Positions 1 through 9,348 of a stretch of 17,432 bases of DNA are shown one piece after another. The position numbers were made by a program, and so were the translations under genes. The notes beneath the pieces are model-generated. The model saw only the letters and a program-made list of their open reading frames with translations. It was not told the DNA's origin and ran no database searches. Location: positions 1-17,432 of the forward strand of contig NW_021824912.1 in assembly GCF_006345805.1 (NCBI RefSeq), written 5' to 3'. The stretch is from Octopus sinensis. Taxonomy: Eukaryota. Each line of letters begins with the position of its first letter. The first letter of the stretch is position 1.

Positions 1-88
1 CAGACAGGCAGATAGAGAGAGAGAGAGAGACATGCATATGTACGTGTGTGTAAGTATATATATATTTATGTAATAATGTATGTCTATG

Positions 89-119
<31 letters not shown>

Positions 120-140
120 GTATGTATGTATGTATGTGTG

Positions 141-205
<65 letters not shown>

Positions 206-225
206 GTGTATATATATATATATAG
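1..225. repeat. Compound microsatellite (GA)n/(CA)n/(TA)n/(TATG)n/(TG)n
   Basis: Short-period repeats read directly. Confidence 0.95.
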
Positions 226-240
226 GTGTATAGAAACTTC

Positions 241-420
241 TTTTACTTTTAATTTTTTCCTTGTTCAAACACAAATGACAAATCGACTCCATTACTTATT
301 TTCTAAGTTTGGTACTTATTTTTTTGTTCTGTTTTGCTGAGCTGCTTAGTTAAGGGGACGTAAATAAATCAACAGCGGATACGAAGTTATGGAGAAACAT
401 CACAGAAAACAATGGCACAC
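241..420 (-). mobile_element. Degraded SINE remnant
   Basis: aaatcgactcc-attacttat...ggtacttatt...gctgagctgcttagttaaggggacgtaaa resembles, from memory, the body of an abundant octopus SINE; it also shares the tcgaccccag...tactt...ggtactta block with the SINEs at 7284-7690 and 9349-9763. Confidence 0.45.
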
Positions 421-595
421 AGGAACACAACACACACACACACAACACACATATATTATATATATAATATATTAGATATATATATATATATAATATATTA
501 TATAAGAAGATGATATGTTTCGAATACAGAATTGCTGTTACAACAGCAGAAATACTGGGTGAATTAGTCTTTCAAAGCGGCAAAATTTGTCAACA

Positions 596-665
596 ACCAG
601 CCATGGGACTCGAACCAACATCCCCAAGATTCCAGCTGAGTGCTTTACCATTAAGCTAAACAGAT
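596..665 (-). pseudogene. tRNA-like sequence (SINE head or tRNA pseudogene)
   Basis: Minus strand has A box TAGCTTAATGG, D stem GCTT/AAGC, a 4/5 anticodon stem around CTGGAAT and B box GGTTCGAGTCC. The acceptor stem is mostly wobble or mismatched, so it is not a functional tRNA. Confidence 0.6.
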
Positions 666-1029
666 GGGACCCAGTCAGAATTTTCTTCAGGTCAAGTAGC
701 CCATCCCACTCAAAAGGTCTCTGAATAAGGATTGTTTAAAGATGATAAATGAAACACCTATGTTTCCGGGGATGAATCATCCAAACCCCCAAAGAATCCC
801 TTTGAAGACATGACTATGATGCTCCCCCACTACTGTTCGTAACCAGAGATGCACATATCGTCAGCCACTAAGGGACATGCTCAACTGGTTACGGTCAAAT
901 AACTGACAAGCAAATCTGTGGTATTGAGCAGAATATTTGCTGTAGCCCATCTTTTATACCAAGACAAAACAATGTACAGGATAACACTTCCAATCAGTTA
1001 AGTTCAGAAGCCTTGAGAACCACTGCCTG
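666..1029 (+). mobile_element. Unclassified interspersed repeat ending in a triplet-repeat tail
   Basis: Complex sequence running directly into the (CAT)n array. It resembles an abundant octopus repeat I recall; no coding motif recognised and the family is unverified. Confidence 0.35.
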
Positions 1030-1111
1030 GTATTGCATCAGGGCTTTTATCATCATCATCATCATCGCCATCATCGCCATCATCATCACCATCATCATCA
1101 TCATCACCATC

Positions 1112-1169
<58 letters not shown>

Positions 1170-1219
1170 CCATCATCATCGCCATCATCATCGCCATCAT
1201 CCTCATCATCATCACCATC

Positions 1220-1270
<51 letters not shown>

Positions 1271-1308
1271 GTCACCATCATCATCATCATCATCATCATC
1301 ATCACCAC

Positions 1309-1343
<35 letters not shown>

Positions 1344-1431
1344 CCATCACCATCATCATCATCATCGTCATCATCATCATCATCATCATCACCATCATCA
1401 TCACCATCATCATCATCATCATTATCATCAC

Positions 1432-1473
<42 letters not shown>

Positions 1474-1474
1474 C

Positions 1475-1547
<73 letters not shown>

Positions 1548-1610
1548 CACCACCACCATTATTATTATTATTATTATCATTATTATTATTATTGTTATTA
1601 TTATTATTGA
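1030..1610. repeat. Long (CAT)n/(CAC) trinucleotide array with (ATT)n blocks
   Basis: (CAT)n at ~1030-1545 interrupted by (ATT)n at ~1434-1471, then (ATT)n at ~1557-1610. Source of the spurious poly-His, poly-Ile and poly-Met ORFs. Confidence 0.97.
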
Positions 1611-2489
1611 TGCTGCTGTTGTGGGAATTGAAATTGGAATAAATTCGTTTCCCATTGTTTTCCTGTAGAATATGGCTTTGGTTTCTTTAAATTCAAATGT
1701 TAACAAGTACCTTACCAAAATTTTGATGCTTTCCTTCATTATGATATTATTTTTTGTCCGTTCTTTTAGATTCCCATCTAATTTTATTTCTTTTTATTAG
1801 CTCCTTTATAGTCGTCTCACTTCTAGTATTTTATTACCATGAGTTCTTTTATCAGTTCTTTTATTACCATTTCCACCTTTTTCATTAAAATCTTTTTATC
1901 TATTTTTATTACCACCGTTTATTTGCTATCTTAAATATGCATGTATTTATAAAGTTTTGTGGCATTGCTGTCACACCCCCACCAAGCTTTTCCCAAACCC
2001 TTTGTCTAGCAGTCGCTTTTTTTACTATGCATGAATGATTTCCCAGGAAAGAAAAAAACATGGCCAAGAGTATAGAGACAGTGGGAGAGCAAGAACGTTA
2101 TAACAGAGATGAGAGAAAGATGACAAGGTGTAAATATGTTGATATGTTTAATATTCATTCTTAGATACCTACAAACTATCAAACACATCTATCTTTTATG
2201 TCATTAATTTATTTACATATTCTTTCCTATTACTTAAGCTACCACCCCTACAGCATCAAGCCAGCACCTTTGTCATTCATTAGTATCTGAGACGACTTCA
2301 AATTGATTACACAGTTTTATTTTTCAAATATTCTAATTTCTCTGGAACAGAACTTTTCTTCGACTCAAAAAAACAACCAAGTTATTCTCTCAACCATTTA
2401 ATAACCATTAAATGACATAGTGTCTATAGTTGTAGATTTATACATGCATACATACATACACACATATACAAACATAAATACATAAATAC

Positions 2490-2550
2490 ATACATACATG
2501 CAAGCATACATACATACATACATACATACATACATACATACATACATACA

Positions 2551-2584
<34 letters not shown>

Positions 2585-2854
2585 CACATATACACACATA
2601 CGTAAACCAGCTCCTTCCTCAGAGGAAGAATTTAAATAATTAAAAGCCAAAGACAACATATGTACATATATAGACATATACACACACACATACATACATA
2701 CATACATACATACATACATACATACATACATACATACATACATACATGCATACATACATACATGCACACATATATATGTGTGTGCATGTGTGTATGTGTC
2801 TGTGTTTGTGTGTGTCTGTGTGCACAGTATATAAATAATATAAGTATAGATATA
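2490..2854 (+). repeat. Local duplication, copy 1 (partner 5285-5637)
   Basis: Identical unique core gtaaaccagctccttcctcagaggaagaatttaaataattaaaagccaaagacaac at 2602 and 5393, with matching (TACA)n flanks and interruptions. Confidence 0.92.
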
Positions 2855-2864
2855 TGTTCAGACA

Positions 2865-2909
<45 letters not shown>

Positions 2910-2914
2910 CACAA

Positions 2915-2952
<38 letters not shown>

Positions 2953-3092
2953 CTTTATATATATACATATATAGATATATACATACATATTTATACATGT
3001 ATATCTATATTTAACTAAACACACACACACGTACATTCGTATGTTTGTATGTATGTATGTACGAGGTGATATAAAAAAAGTTCCCGCTCTAC

Positions 3093-3665
3093 CTAAGTTT
3101 TAACATTGAAATAGTCTCCTTGCGCAGCAATACAGCGGTCCCACTGTTCCTGCCACTTTTGGAATCCGACCTGGAAGTCGTTTTCTGTAAACGAGTCGAG
3201 GATTTTCTGCATTTCGCTCTGCCGCCTTATCTTCTTGGGGAAGAAATGGAAGTCCGCAGGTGCTAAATCTGGCGAATAGCGTGACTGCAGAAGCGATACT
3301 ATGTTTTTGGCGAGAAAATCACAAGTGAAGGCAACTCGATGAAAGGTCCAATTCTTCGCACTTCACAGATGCGGCTGCTTTCACCGTATGTCCTGCCCCA
3401 AGTGCTTCAAAACTTCGCAGTAGAACTTTCGATTGACGGTCTGAACCTCGGGGACGAATTCTCGATTCACAAAACCACATTTCTAGGGGTGACGCTCGTG
3501 GCAGGTCTTCCAGATCGCTCATCGCCTTCCAGAGAGGTTCTTTCGGTTTCGTAACGCCCGTGCCATTCGACCCATTTCCTCGTAAGTTCGCTCAATGTCT
3601 CTGTAGTAGACTTCGCAAGTTTAATGCAAAATTTCAATTTTGCCCTTCGTTCCTGTCTATCACAA
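3093..3665 (-). pseudogene. Mariner transposase remnant (multiple deletions and stops)
   Basis: N-terminal QERRAKLKFCIKLAKSTTET...EWHGRY...SLEGDERSGRPATS is joined directly to EFVPEVQTVNRKFYCEVLKHL...YSPDLAPADFHFFPK...FQKWQEQWDRCIAAQGDYF, which are hallmark mariner motifs. The first two catalytic-Asp motifs are deleted. Confidence 0.88.
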
Positions 3666-3673
3666 ACATCGCC

Positions 3674-3768
3674 CACTACAACACACACTACAACATACAC
3701 TACAACATACACTACAACATACACTACAACATACACTACAACATACACTACAACACACACTACAACAT
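3674..3768. repeat. 12-bp minisatellite (CACTACAACATA) x ~8
   Basis: Units start at 3674, 3686, 3698, 3710, 3722, 3734, 3746 and 3758; two are CACTACAACACA variants. Confidence 0.97.
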
Positions 3769-4295
3769 TTTGATCTCAAAAAAAGCGAATTTTACCACTT
3801 TCAAAATAAATACGGCGATGTCACTTGGCACACTACCTCATGAAGGTCACTGTTAGCTTTTACCGTGCACGCCACCGTGTGCTACCACGTGTTGGTGCGC
3901 TACAGGACTCGTCCGGGAACAACGTTTTGATACTATCTGGTATGTGTGTGTGTAATGCATACACACATAGACACGCCCCCCACATATTCTTTTATCCCTA
4001 TCTCTCACTAACCCTCTCTATCTCTCTCTCTATCTATCTCTATTTATCGATCTAGCTATCGATTCAAAACTTTACACCTCTACACCTCTCTTCCTTCACT
4101 CTATTTCCTTTCGAATTTTTCTCATTTTCTTTCTTAAAATGTTAATAAAACTGAAGATTGACTAAAGGCACGAAATTAAATATTCAAAGTCTAAAATTGT
4201 GGCTGGAGCTGTGAAACAATCTATTAAAGAAAACGCAGTTGTGAGAGAAACGAGGTTATTAATAGAATGCACATTTCATACAGCTTTCGACCAAA

Positions 4296-4716
4296 GCAGC
4301 GAACAGAGCTAGCAGAGACGTTAGCGCGCCGAGGCGAAATGCTTAGCGGTATTTCGTCTGTCATTACGTTCTGAGTTCAAATTCTGCCGAGGTCGACTTT
4401 ACCTTTCATCCTTTCGGAGTCGATAAATTAAGTACCAGTTACGCACTGGGGACGATATAATCGACTTAATACCTATGTCTGTCCTTGTTTGTCCCCTCTA
4501 TGTTTAGCCCCTTGTGGGTAATAAAGAAATAGGTATTCCGTCTGTCCTTACGTTCTGAGTTCAAATTCCGCCGAGGTCGACTTTACCTTTCATCCTTTCG
4601 GGATCGATAAATAAAGTACCCGTTTCGCACTGGGGTCGATGTAATCGACTTAATCCGTTTGTCTTGTCTTTGTTTGTCCCCTCTATGTTTAGCCCCTTGT
4701 GGGCAATAAAGAAATA
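4296..4716 (+). mobile_element. tRNA-derived SINE, head plus two tandem ~184-bp bodies
   Basis: Head at 4296-4347; units 4348-4531 and 4532-4716 each start GGTATT(T/C)CGTCTG, contain a B-box-like GAGTTCAAATT and end AATAAAGAAATA. The central block TTTCATCCTTTCGGGGTCGATAAA..AAGTACCAG resembles, from memory, the MetaSINE core (unverified). Confidence 0.88.
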
Positions 4717-4760
4717 TATATGAAGATGTGTAAGGGTACGAATGAGAGAAAGACATAGAA

Positions 4761-4808
<48 letters not shown>

Positions 4809-4820
4809 GAGCGTGTGTGT

Positions 4821-4882
4821 GTCGGCCCATGGCTATAGTAGAAGACATTTGCCCAAAGTGTCACGCAGTGAGACTGAACCCC
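4821..4882 (-). mobile_element. Fragment of a CORE-type tRNA SINE
   Basis: Minus strand GGGGTTCAGTCTCACTGCGTGACACTTTGGGCAAATGTCTTCTACTATAGCC is a B-box-like segment followed by a match to the CORE start (GTGACCTTGGGCAAGT). Confidence 0.6.
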
Positions 4883-5094
4883 GCACGGACATGCCCACAC
4901 CTATATTTACGTATATCTTTCATTGTGTATATACGGATATAGAATAAAACGGTGCTCCCGAAGAAAACCTGTTGTGATATTTGTCCTGTCGGAACTACAG
5001 AGAAAATCCCCTGTCGCTCTCAGAGAAAATCTTCTGTCGTTAGAAGCCTGATACCAAATGATGTTATTCACAAAAGAAATTGTTTTATAATTTT

Positions 5095-5195
5095 TTCTTT
5101 TCTCCTGTCTTTTACGGGGATCGGTCATTGGATTGCAGTCACGCAGGAACTCTGTCATCAATGGTTTTGATTGACTATATAGACCCCCGTATTTA
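5095..5195 (-). mobile_element. Degraded SINE 3' fragment
   Basis: ggtcattggattgcagtcacgc...gactatatagacccccgtattta is a degenerate reverse complement of the same tail family as 11853-11920. Confidence 0.4.
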
Positions 5196-5239
5196 TCTCT
5201 CTCTCTCCCTCTCTGTATCTATCTCTTTCTCTCTCTCTA

Positions 5240-5284
<45 letters not shown>

Positions 5285-5291
<7 letters not shown>

Positions 5292-5341
5292 CATGCAAGC
5301 ATACATACATACATACATACATACATACATACATACATACA

Positions 5342-5375
<34 letters not shown>

Positions 5376-5637
5376 CACATATACACACATACGTAAACCA
5401 GCTCCTTCCTCAGAGGAAGAATTTAAATAATTAAAAGCCAAAGACAACATATGTACATATATAGACATATACACACACACATACATACATACATACATAC
5501 ATACATACATACATACATACATACATACATGCATACATACATACATGCACACATATATATGTGTGTGCATGTGTGTATGTGTCTGTGTTTGTGTGTGTCT
5601 GTGTGCACAGTATATAAATAATATAAGTATAGATATA
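5285..5637 (+). repeat. Local duplication, copy 2 (partner 2490-2854)
   Basis: Same unique cores; differs essentially only in (TACA)n lengths. Confidence 0.92.
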
Positions 5638-5781
5638 CTTATATACACACAAACACACACACACACACACACACATTGTATTATATATAATACAATATAA
5701 CAATAATAAGATATTTTTATATATATACATATATATATATATATATGTGTATATATGTATATGTATGTATGTATGTATATT

Positions 5782-5844
5782 TTGTGATAAAACTAGTACT
5801 TTCATGAGTTACATTACACAATCATCAGTTTTATGTAGTAGTAA

Positions 5845-5903
<59 letters not shown>

Positions 5904-5941
5904 AGACAAGTGTAGTGAAATGAGTACTAGTTTTATCACAA
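5782..5941. mobile_element. Foldback element around a (TAG)n tract, with a degenerate hammerhead-like core
   Basis: Perfect 19-bp inverted repeat TTGTGATAAAACTAGTACT (5782-5800) / 5923-5941, extending imperfectly inward. The left arm on the minus strand reads ATAAAA CTGATGA [18 nt] GAA AGTACT A G TTTTAT. Confidence 0.65.
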
Positions 5942-5969
5942 TAAATAAATATATGATATTCTATTACTA

Positions 5970-7182
5970 TTAGGTTTTCCGGAAAGTTCTGAGCATTTTT
6001 AAGCTAATTTTTTAATGCTTCATTGAACACACCTGAAACGTTGCACAGTTAAAACGTTGGCATTACTTGAAGTGGTGGGGCATCTTTTATTCCTTTTCAT
6101 CCCTTATTGACATTTGAAATGGTTAACCAAAAATTTTATATTCGTGTTGTAATGCTTTTCTTTTTTTAAAAAAGGAGAAAATGTTTCAAAGCTTGCAAAA
6201 AACATTTGTAAAGTTTATGATGATGGTGTAGTAGGTGAATCAATTGTTCGAAGCTGGAGAAATTACCTTGGAAGATGATAGTCGCAGTGAAAGACCTTCT
6301 AAGTTGGATGAAGATGTTTTGAAGACAAAAAAAAAAACGGAACATCAAATATCATGATTAGAGAATTTGAAGAGGAGTTGAAAGTTTCTAAAAGTATGGC
6401 TCATGATACATTTCTTGCTAAAATGTATGGGCCCCTCACAAACTTTCAGAAAAGAATTGCTTGGCCCGGTATTCCGTTTGTGTTATGCTTTTGAAATAGA
6501 ATGAAAGCATGCCTTTTCTGAAACAACTTCTGACTGGAAATGAACAATGGGTTGTGTACGAAAACATAATGCGAAATCGAACCTGGAGTTTGCGTAAGGA
6601 TCCCCCAAAAGATGAATATCCATGCCAAAAAAAGCTACGCTTTGTGTTTGGAGGGATCTTAATGATATTATTTATTTATGAGCTTCTCCCACAAAACCAG
6701 ACCATTAATTATGATGTATACTGTCGTCAGTTGGCTAATTTGAACCCAAAAATTCAAAGAATTAGAGCCGGATATTGCCAACAGGAAAGGAGTAGTGTTC
6801 CAACAAGACACTGCCCGACTATATGTGTCTTTGGTTACCCGAACAAAATTACATGAAGTTGGCTGGGATCTCTTACTCCATTCACCATATTCTCTTAATA
6901 TCGTGCCATCTGACTACCACTTGTTTTTATCTCTACAGAACTCATTGCAAGGAGAAACATTTAACGACTTAGATGGAGTGAAAATACATCTAGACAACGT
7001 TTTTTTTTCTTCAAAATCAGTCAAATTTTATGCTGATGGAATATCTAAATTGTCTGATAGATAAGGCAAAGGTCATTGATGATAATGGAAATTATTTCAT
7101 TGAATAAAATCTATTGAAAGGTCAATTATTTATATCACGTTTTGCATATTAAAAAACGCTCAGCACTTTCCGGACAACCTAA
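5970..7182 (+). mobile_element. Near full-length decayed mariner (DD34D), copy 1
   Basis: TA flanks at 5968-69 and 7183-84. TIRs TTAGGTTTTCCGGAAAGTTCTGAGCATTTTT vs reverse complement TTAGGTTGTCCGGAAAGTGCTGAGCGTTTTT. Length 1213 bp. Confidence 0.96.
6119..7107 (+). pseudogene. Mariner transposase pseudogene
   Basis: Motifs MVNQKFYIRVVMLFFF, LEDDSRSERPS, WAPHKL (=WVPHEL), LLTGNEQW (=TGDEKW, D to N), QQDTARLY and PYSLNIVPSDYHLF, with several frameshifts and stops. Confidence 0.93.
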
Positions 7183-7283
7183 TATAATATTGTAAAATTG
7201 TAGAATTTGTAAATAATAAAGCATGAAAAGAAGACTAGGTTGAATTTCATTGATTAATATATCCTTCTATACATAATCATATA

Positions 7284-7690
7284 TATTTCTTTACTACCCA
7301 CAAGGGGGCTAAACATAGAGGGGAAAAACAAGGACAGACAAACTGATTAAGACGATTACATCGACCCCAGTGCTTAACTGGTACTTAATTTATCGACCCC
7401 GAAAGGATGAAAGGCAAAGTCGACCTCGGCGGAATTTGAACTCAGAACGTAGCGGCAGACGAAATACCTATTTCTTTATTACCCACAAGGGGCTAAACAC
7501 AGAGGGGACAAACCAGGACAAGACAAACGGATTAAGTCGATTACATCGACCCAGTGCTTAACTGGTACTTAATTTATCGACCCCGAAAGGATGAAAGGCA
7601 AAGTCGACCTCGGCGGAATTTGAACTCAGAACGTAGCAGCAGACGAAATACCTATTTCTTTATTACCCACAAGGGGCTCAACACAGAGGG
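7284..7690 (-). mobile_element. SINE body array (2 full ~184-bp units plus a partial third), no head
   Basis: Units ~7285-7468, 7469-7652 and partial 7653-7690, truncated at the (CT)n(TA)n tract marking the duplication junction. Confidence 0.9.
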
Positions 7691-7696
7691 AACACA

Positions 7697-7773
<77 letters not shown>

Positions 7774-7863
7774 CAATATAACATAATAAGATATTTTTAT
7801 ATATATACATATATATATATATATGTATATATATGTATATGTATGTATGTATGTATGTATATT

Positions 7864-7916
7864 TTGTGATAAAACTAGTACTTTCATGAGTTACATTACA
7901 CAATCATCAGTTTTAT

Positions 7917-7970
<54 letters not shown>

Positions 7971-8008
7971 AGACAAGTGTAGTGAAATGAGTACTAGTTT
8001 TATCACAA
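7864..8008. mobile_element. Duplicate of the (TAG)n-centred foldback element
   Basis: 19-bp inverted repeat 7864-7882 / 7990-8008; shorter (TAG)n tract. Confidence 0.65.
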
Positions 8009-8036
8009 TAAATAAATATATGATATTCTATTACTA

Positions 8037-9247
8037 TTAGGTTTTCCGGAAAGTTCTGAGCATTTTTAAGCTAATTTTTTAATGCTTCATTGAACACACC
8101 TGAAACGTTGCACAGTTAAAACGTTGGCATTACTTGAAGTGGTGGGGCATCTTTCATTCCTTTTCATCCCTTATTGACACTTGAAATGGTTAACCAAAAA
8201 TTTTATATTCGTGTTGTAATGCTTTTCTTTTTTTAAAAAAGGAGAAAATGTTTCAAAGCTTGCAAAAAACATTTGTAAAGTTTATGATGATGGTGTAGTA
8301 GGTGAATCAATTGTTCGAAGCTGGAGAAATTACCTTGGAAGATGATAGTCGCGGTGAAAGACCTTCTAAGTTGGATGAAGATGTTTTGAAGACAAAAAAA
8401 AAAAACGGAACATCAAATATCATGATTAGAGAATTTGAAGAGGAGTTGAAAGTTTCTAAAAGTATGGCTCATGATACATTTCTTGCTAAAATGTATGGGC
8501 CCCTCACAAACTTTCAGAAAAGAATTGCTTGGCCCGGTATTCCGTTTGTGTTATGCTTTTGAAATAGAATGAAAGCATGCCTTTTCTGAAACAACTTCTG
8601 ACTGGAAATGAACAATGGGTTGTGTACGAAAACATAATGCGAAATCGAGCCTGGAGTTTGCGTAAGGATCCCCCAAAAGATGAATATCCATGCCAAAAAA
8701 AGCTACGCTTTGTGTTTGGAGGGATCTTAATGATATTATTTATTATGAGCTTCTCCGACAAAACCAGACCATTAATTCTGATGTATATTGTCGTCAGCTG
8801 GCTAATTTGAACCCAAAAATTCAAAGAATTAGAGCCGGATATTGCCAACAGGAAAGGAGTAGTGTTCCAACAAGACAACGCCCGACTACATGGGTCCTTG
8901 GTTACCCGAACAAAATTACATGAACTTGGCTGGGATCTCTTACTCCTTTCACCATATTCTCTTAATATCGTGTCATCTGACTACCACTTGTTTTTATCTC
9001 TACAGAACTCATTGCAAAGAGAAACTTTTAACGACTTGGATGGAGTGAAAATGCATCTAGATAACGTTTTTTCTTCAAAATCAGTCAAACTTTATGCTGA
9101 TGGAATATCTAAATTGTCTGATAGATAAGGCAAAAGGTCATTGATAATAATGGAAATTATTTCATTGAATAAAATCTATTGAAAGGTCAATTATTTATAT
9201 CACTTTCTGCATATTAAAAAACGCTCAGCACTTTCCGGACAACCTAA
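8037..9247 (+). mobile_element. Near full-length decayed mariner (DD34D), copy 2
   Basis: TA flanks at 8035-36 and 9248-49; same TIRs; 1211 bp. Confidence 0.96.
8186..9172 (+). pseudogene. Mariner transposase pseudogene
   Basis: QQDNARLH...SSDYHLF with 34 residues between the two Asp (D34D); first Asp mutated (TGNEQW); frameshifts and stops. Confidence 0.93.
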
Positions 9248-9348
9248 TATAATATTGTAAAATTGTAGAATTTGTAAATAATAATACGTGAAAAGAAGAC
9301 TAGCTTGAATTTCATTGATTAATATATCCTTCTATACATAATCATATA

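Larger units (their letters stand above)
3062..3940 (-). mobile_element. Internally deleted mariner DNA transposon
   Basis: TA at 3060-3061 and 3941-3942. Degenerate TIRs: CGAGGTGATATAAAAAAAGTTCCCG vs CGGGAACAACGTTTTGATACTATCTGG. Transposase fragments on the minus strand. Confidence 0.85.
5689..7690 (+). repeat. ~2.07-kb tandem segmental duplication, copy 1
   Basis: Same order of flank, inverted-repeat element, mariner, spacer and SINE array as 7770-9715; offset 2065-2082. Confidence 0.95.

Noticed and set aside
596-665. Functional tRNA-Ser(GGA) gene
   Set aside because: Poor acceptor and T stems and no long variable arm; better explained as a SINE head or pseudogene.
994-1668. Long poly-Met, poly-Ile and poly-His ORFs
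   Set aside because: They are translations of the (CAT)n/(ATT)n array, which is stop-free in several frames; no non-repetitive domain.
2047-2127. Purine-rich exon-like stretch (cccag|GAAAGAAAAAAACATGGCC...ACAAG|gtgtaa; KEKNMAKSIETVGEQERYNRDERKMT)
   Set aside because: Weak splice signals, no recognisable protein and no partner exons; needs RNA-seq to revisit.
2614-2628. Small palindrome CTTCCTC-A-GAGGAAG with CTGAGGA on the minus strand (also at ~5405)
   Set aside because: No downstream GAAA or stem III, so it cannot be called a hammerhead.
2398-2974. MYVC/HTYI-type ORFs here and at 5158-5805, 12841-13360 and 14134-15763
   Set aside because: Translations of (TACA)n, (TA)n and (TG)n microsatellites.
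4147-4184. CTGAAGA-TTGACTAAAGGCAC-GAAATTAAATA hammerhead-like string
   Set aside because: Stem II has two mismatches including the base pair, and stem I is only 2 A-U pairs in AT-rich DNA; compatible with chance.
4296-4716. Tandem ~184-bp SINE units or the 12-bp array at 3674-3768 as a CRISPR-like array
   Set aside because: No unique spacers between repeats, eukaryotic context and no cas genes.
4997-5043. Two ~23-bp direct repeats CAGAGAAAATC..CTGTCG
   Set aside because: A single short local duplication with no further structure.
5970-9247. Two mariners as a composite transposon or an active transposase source
   Set aside because: Identical flanks show segmental duplication; both copies have frameshifts, stops and a D-to-N change at the first catalytic residue.
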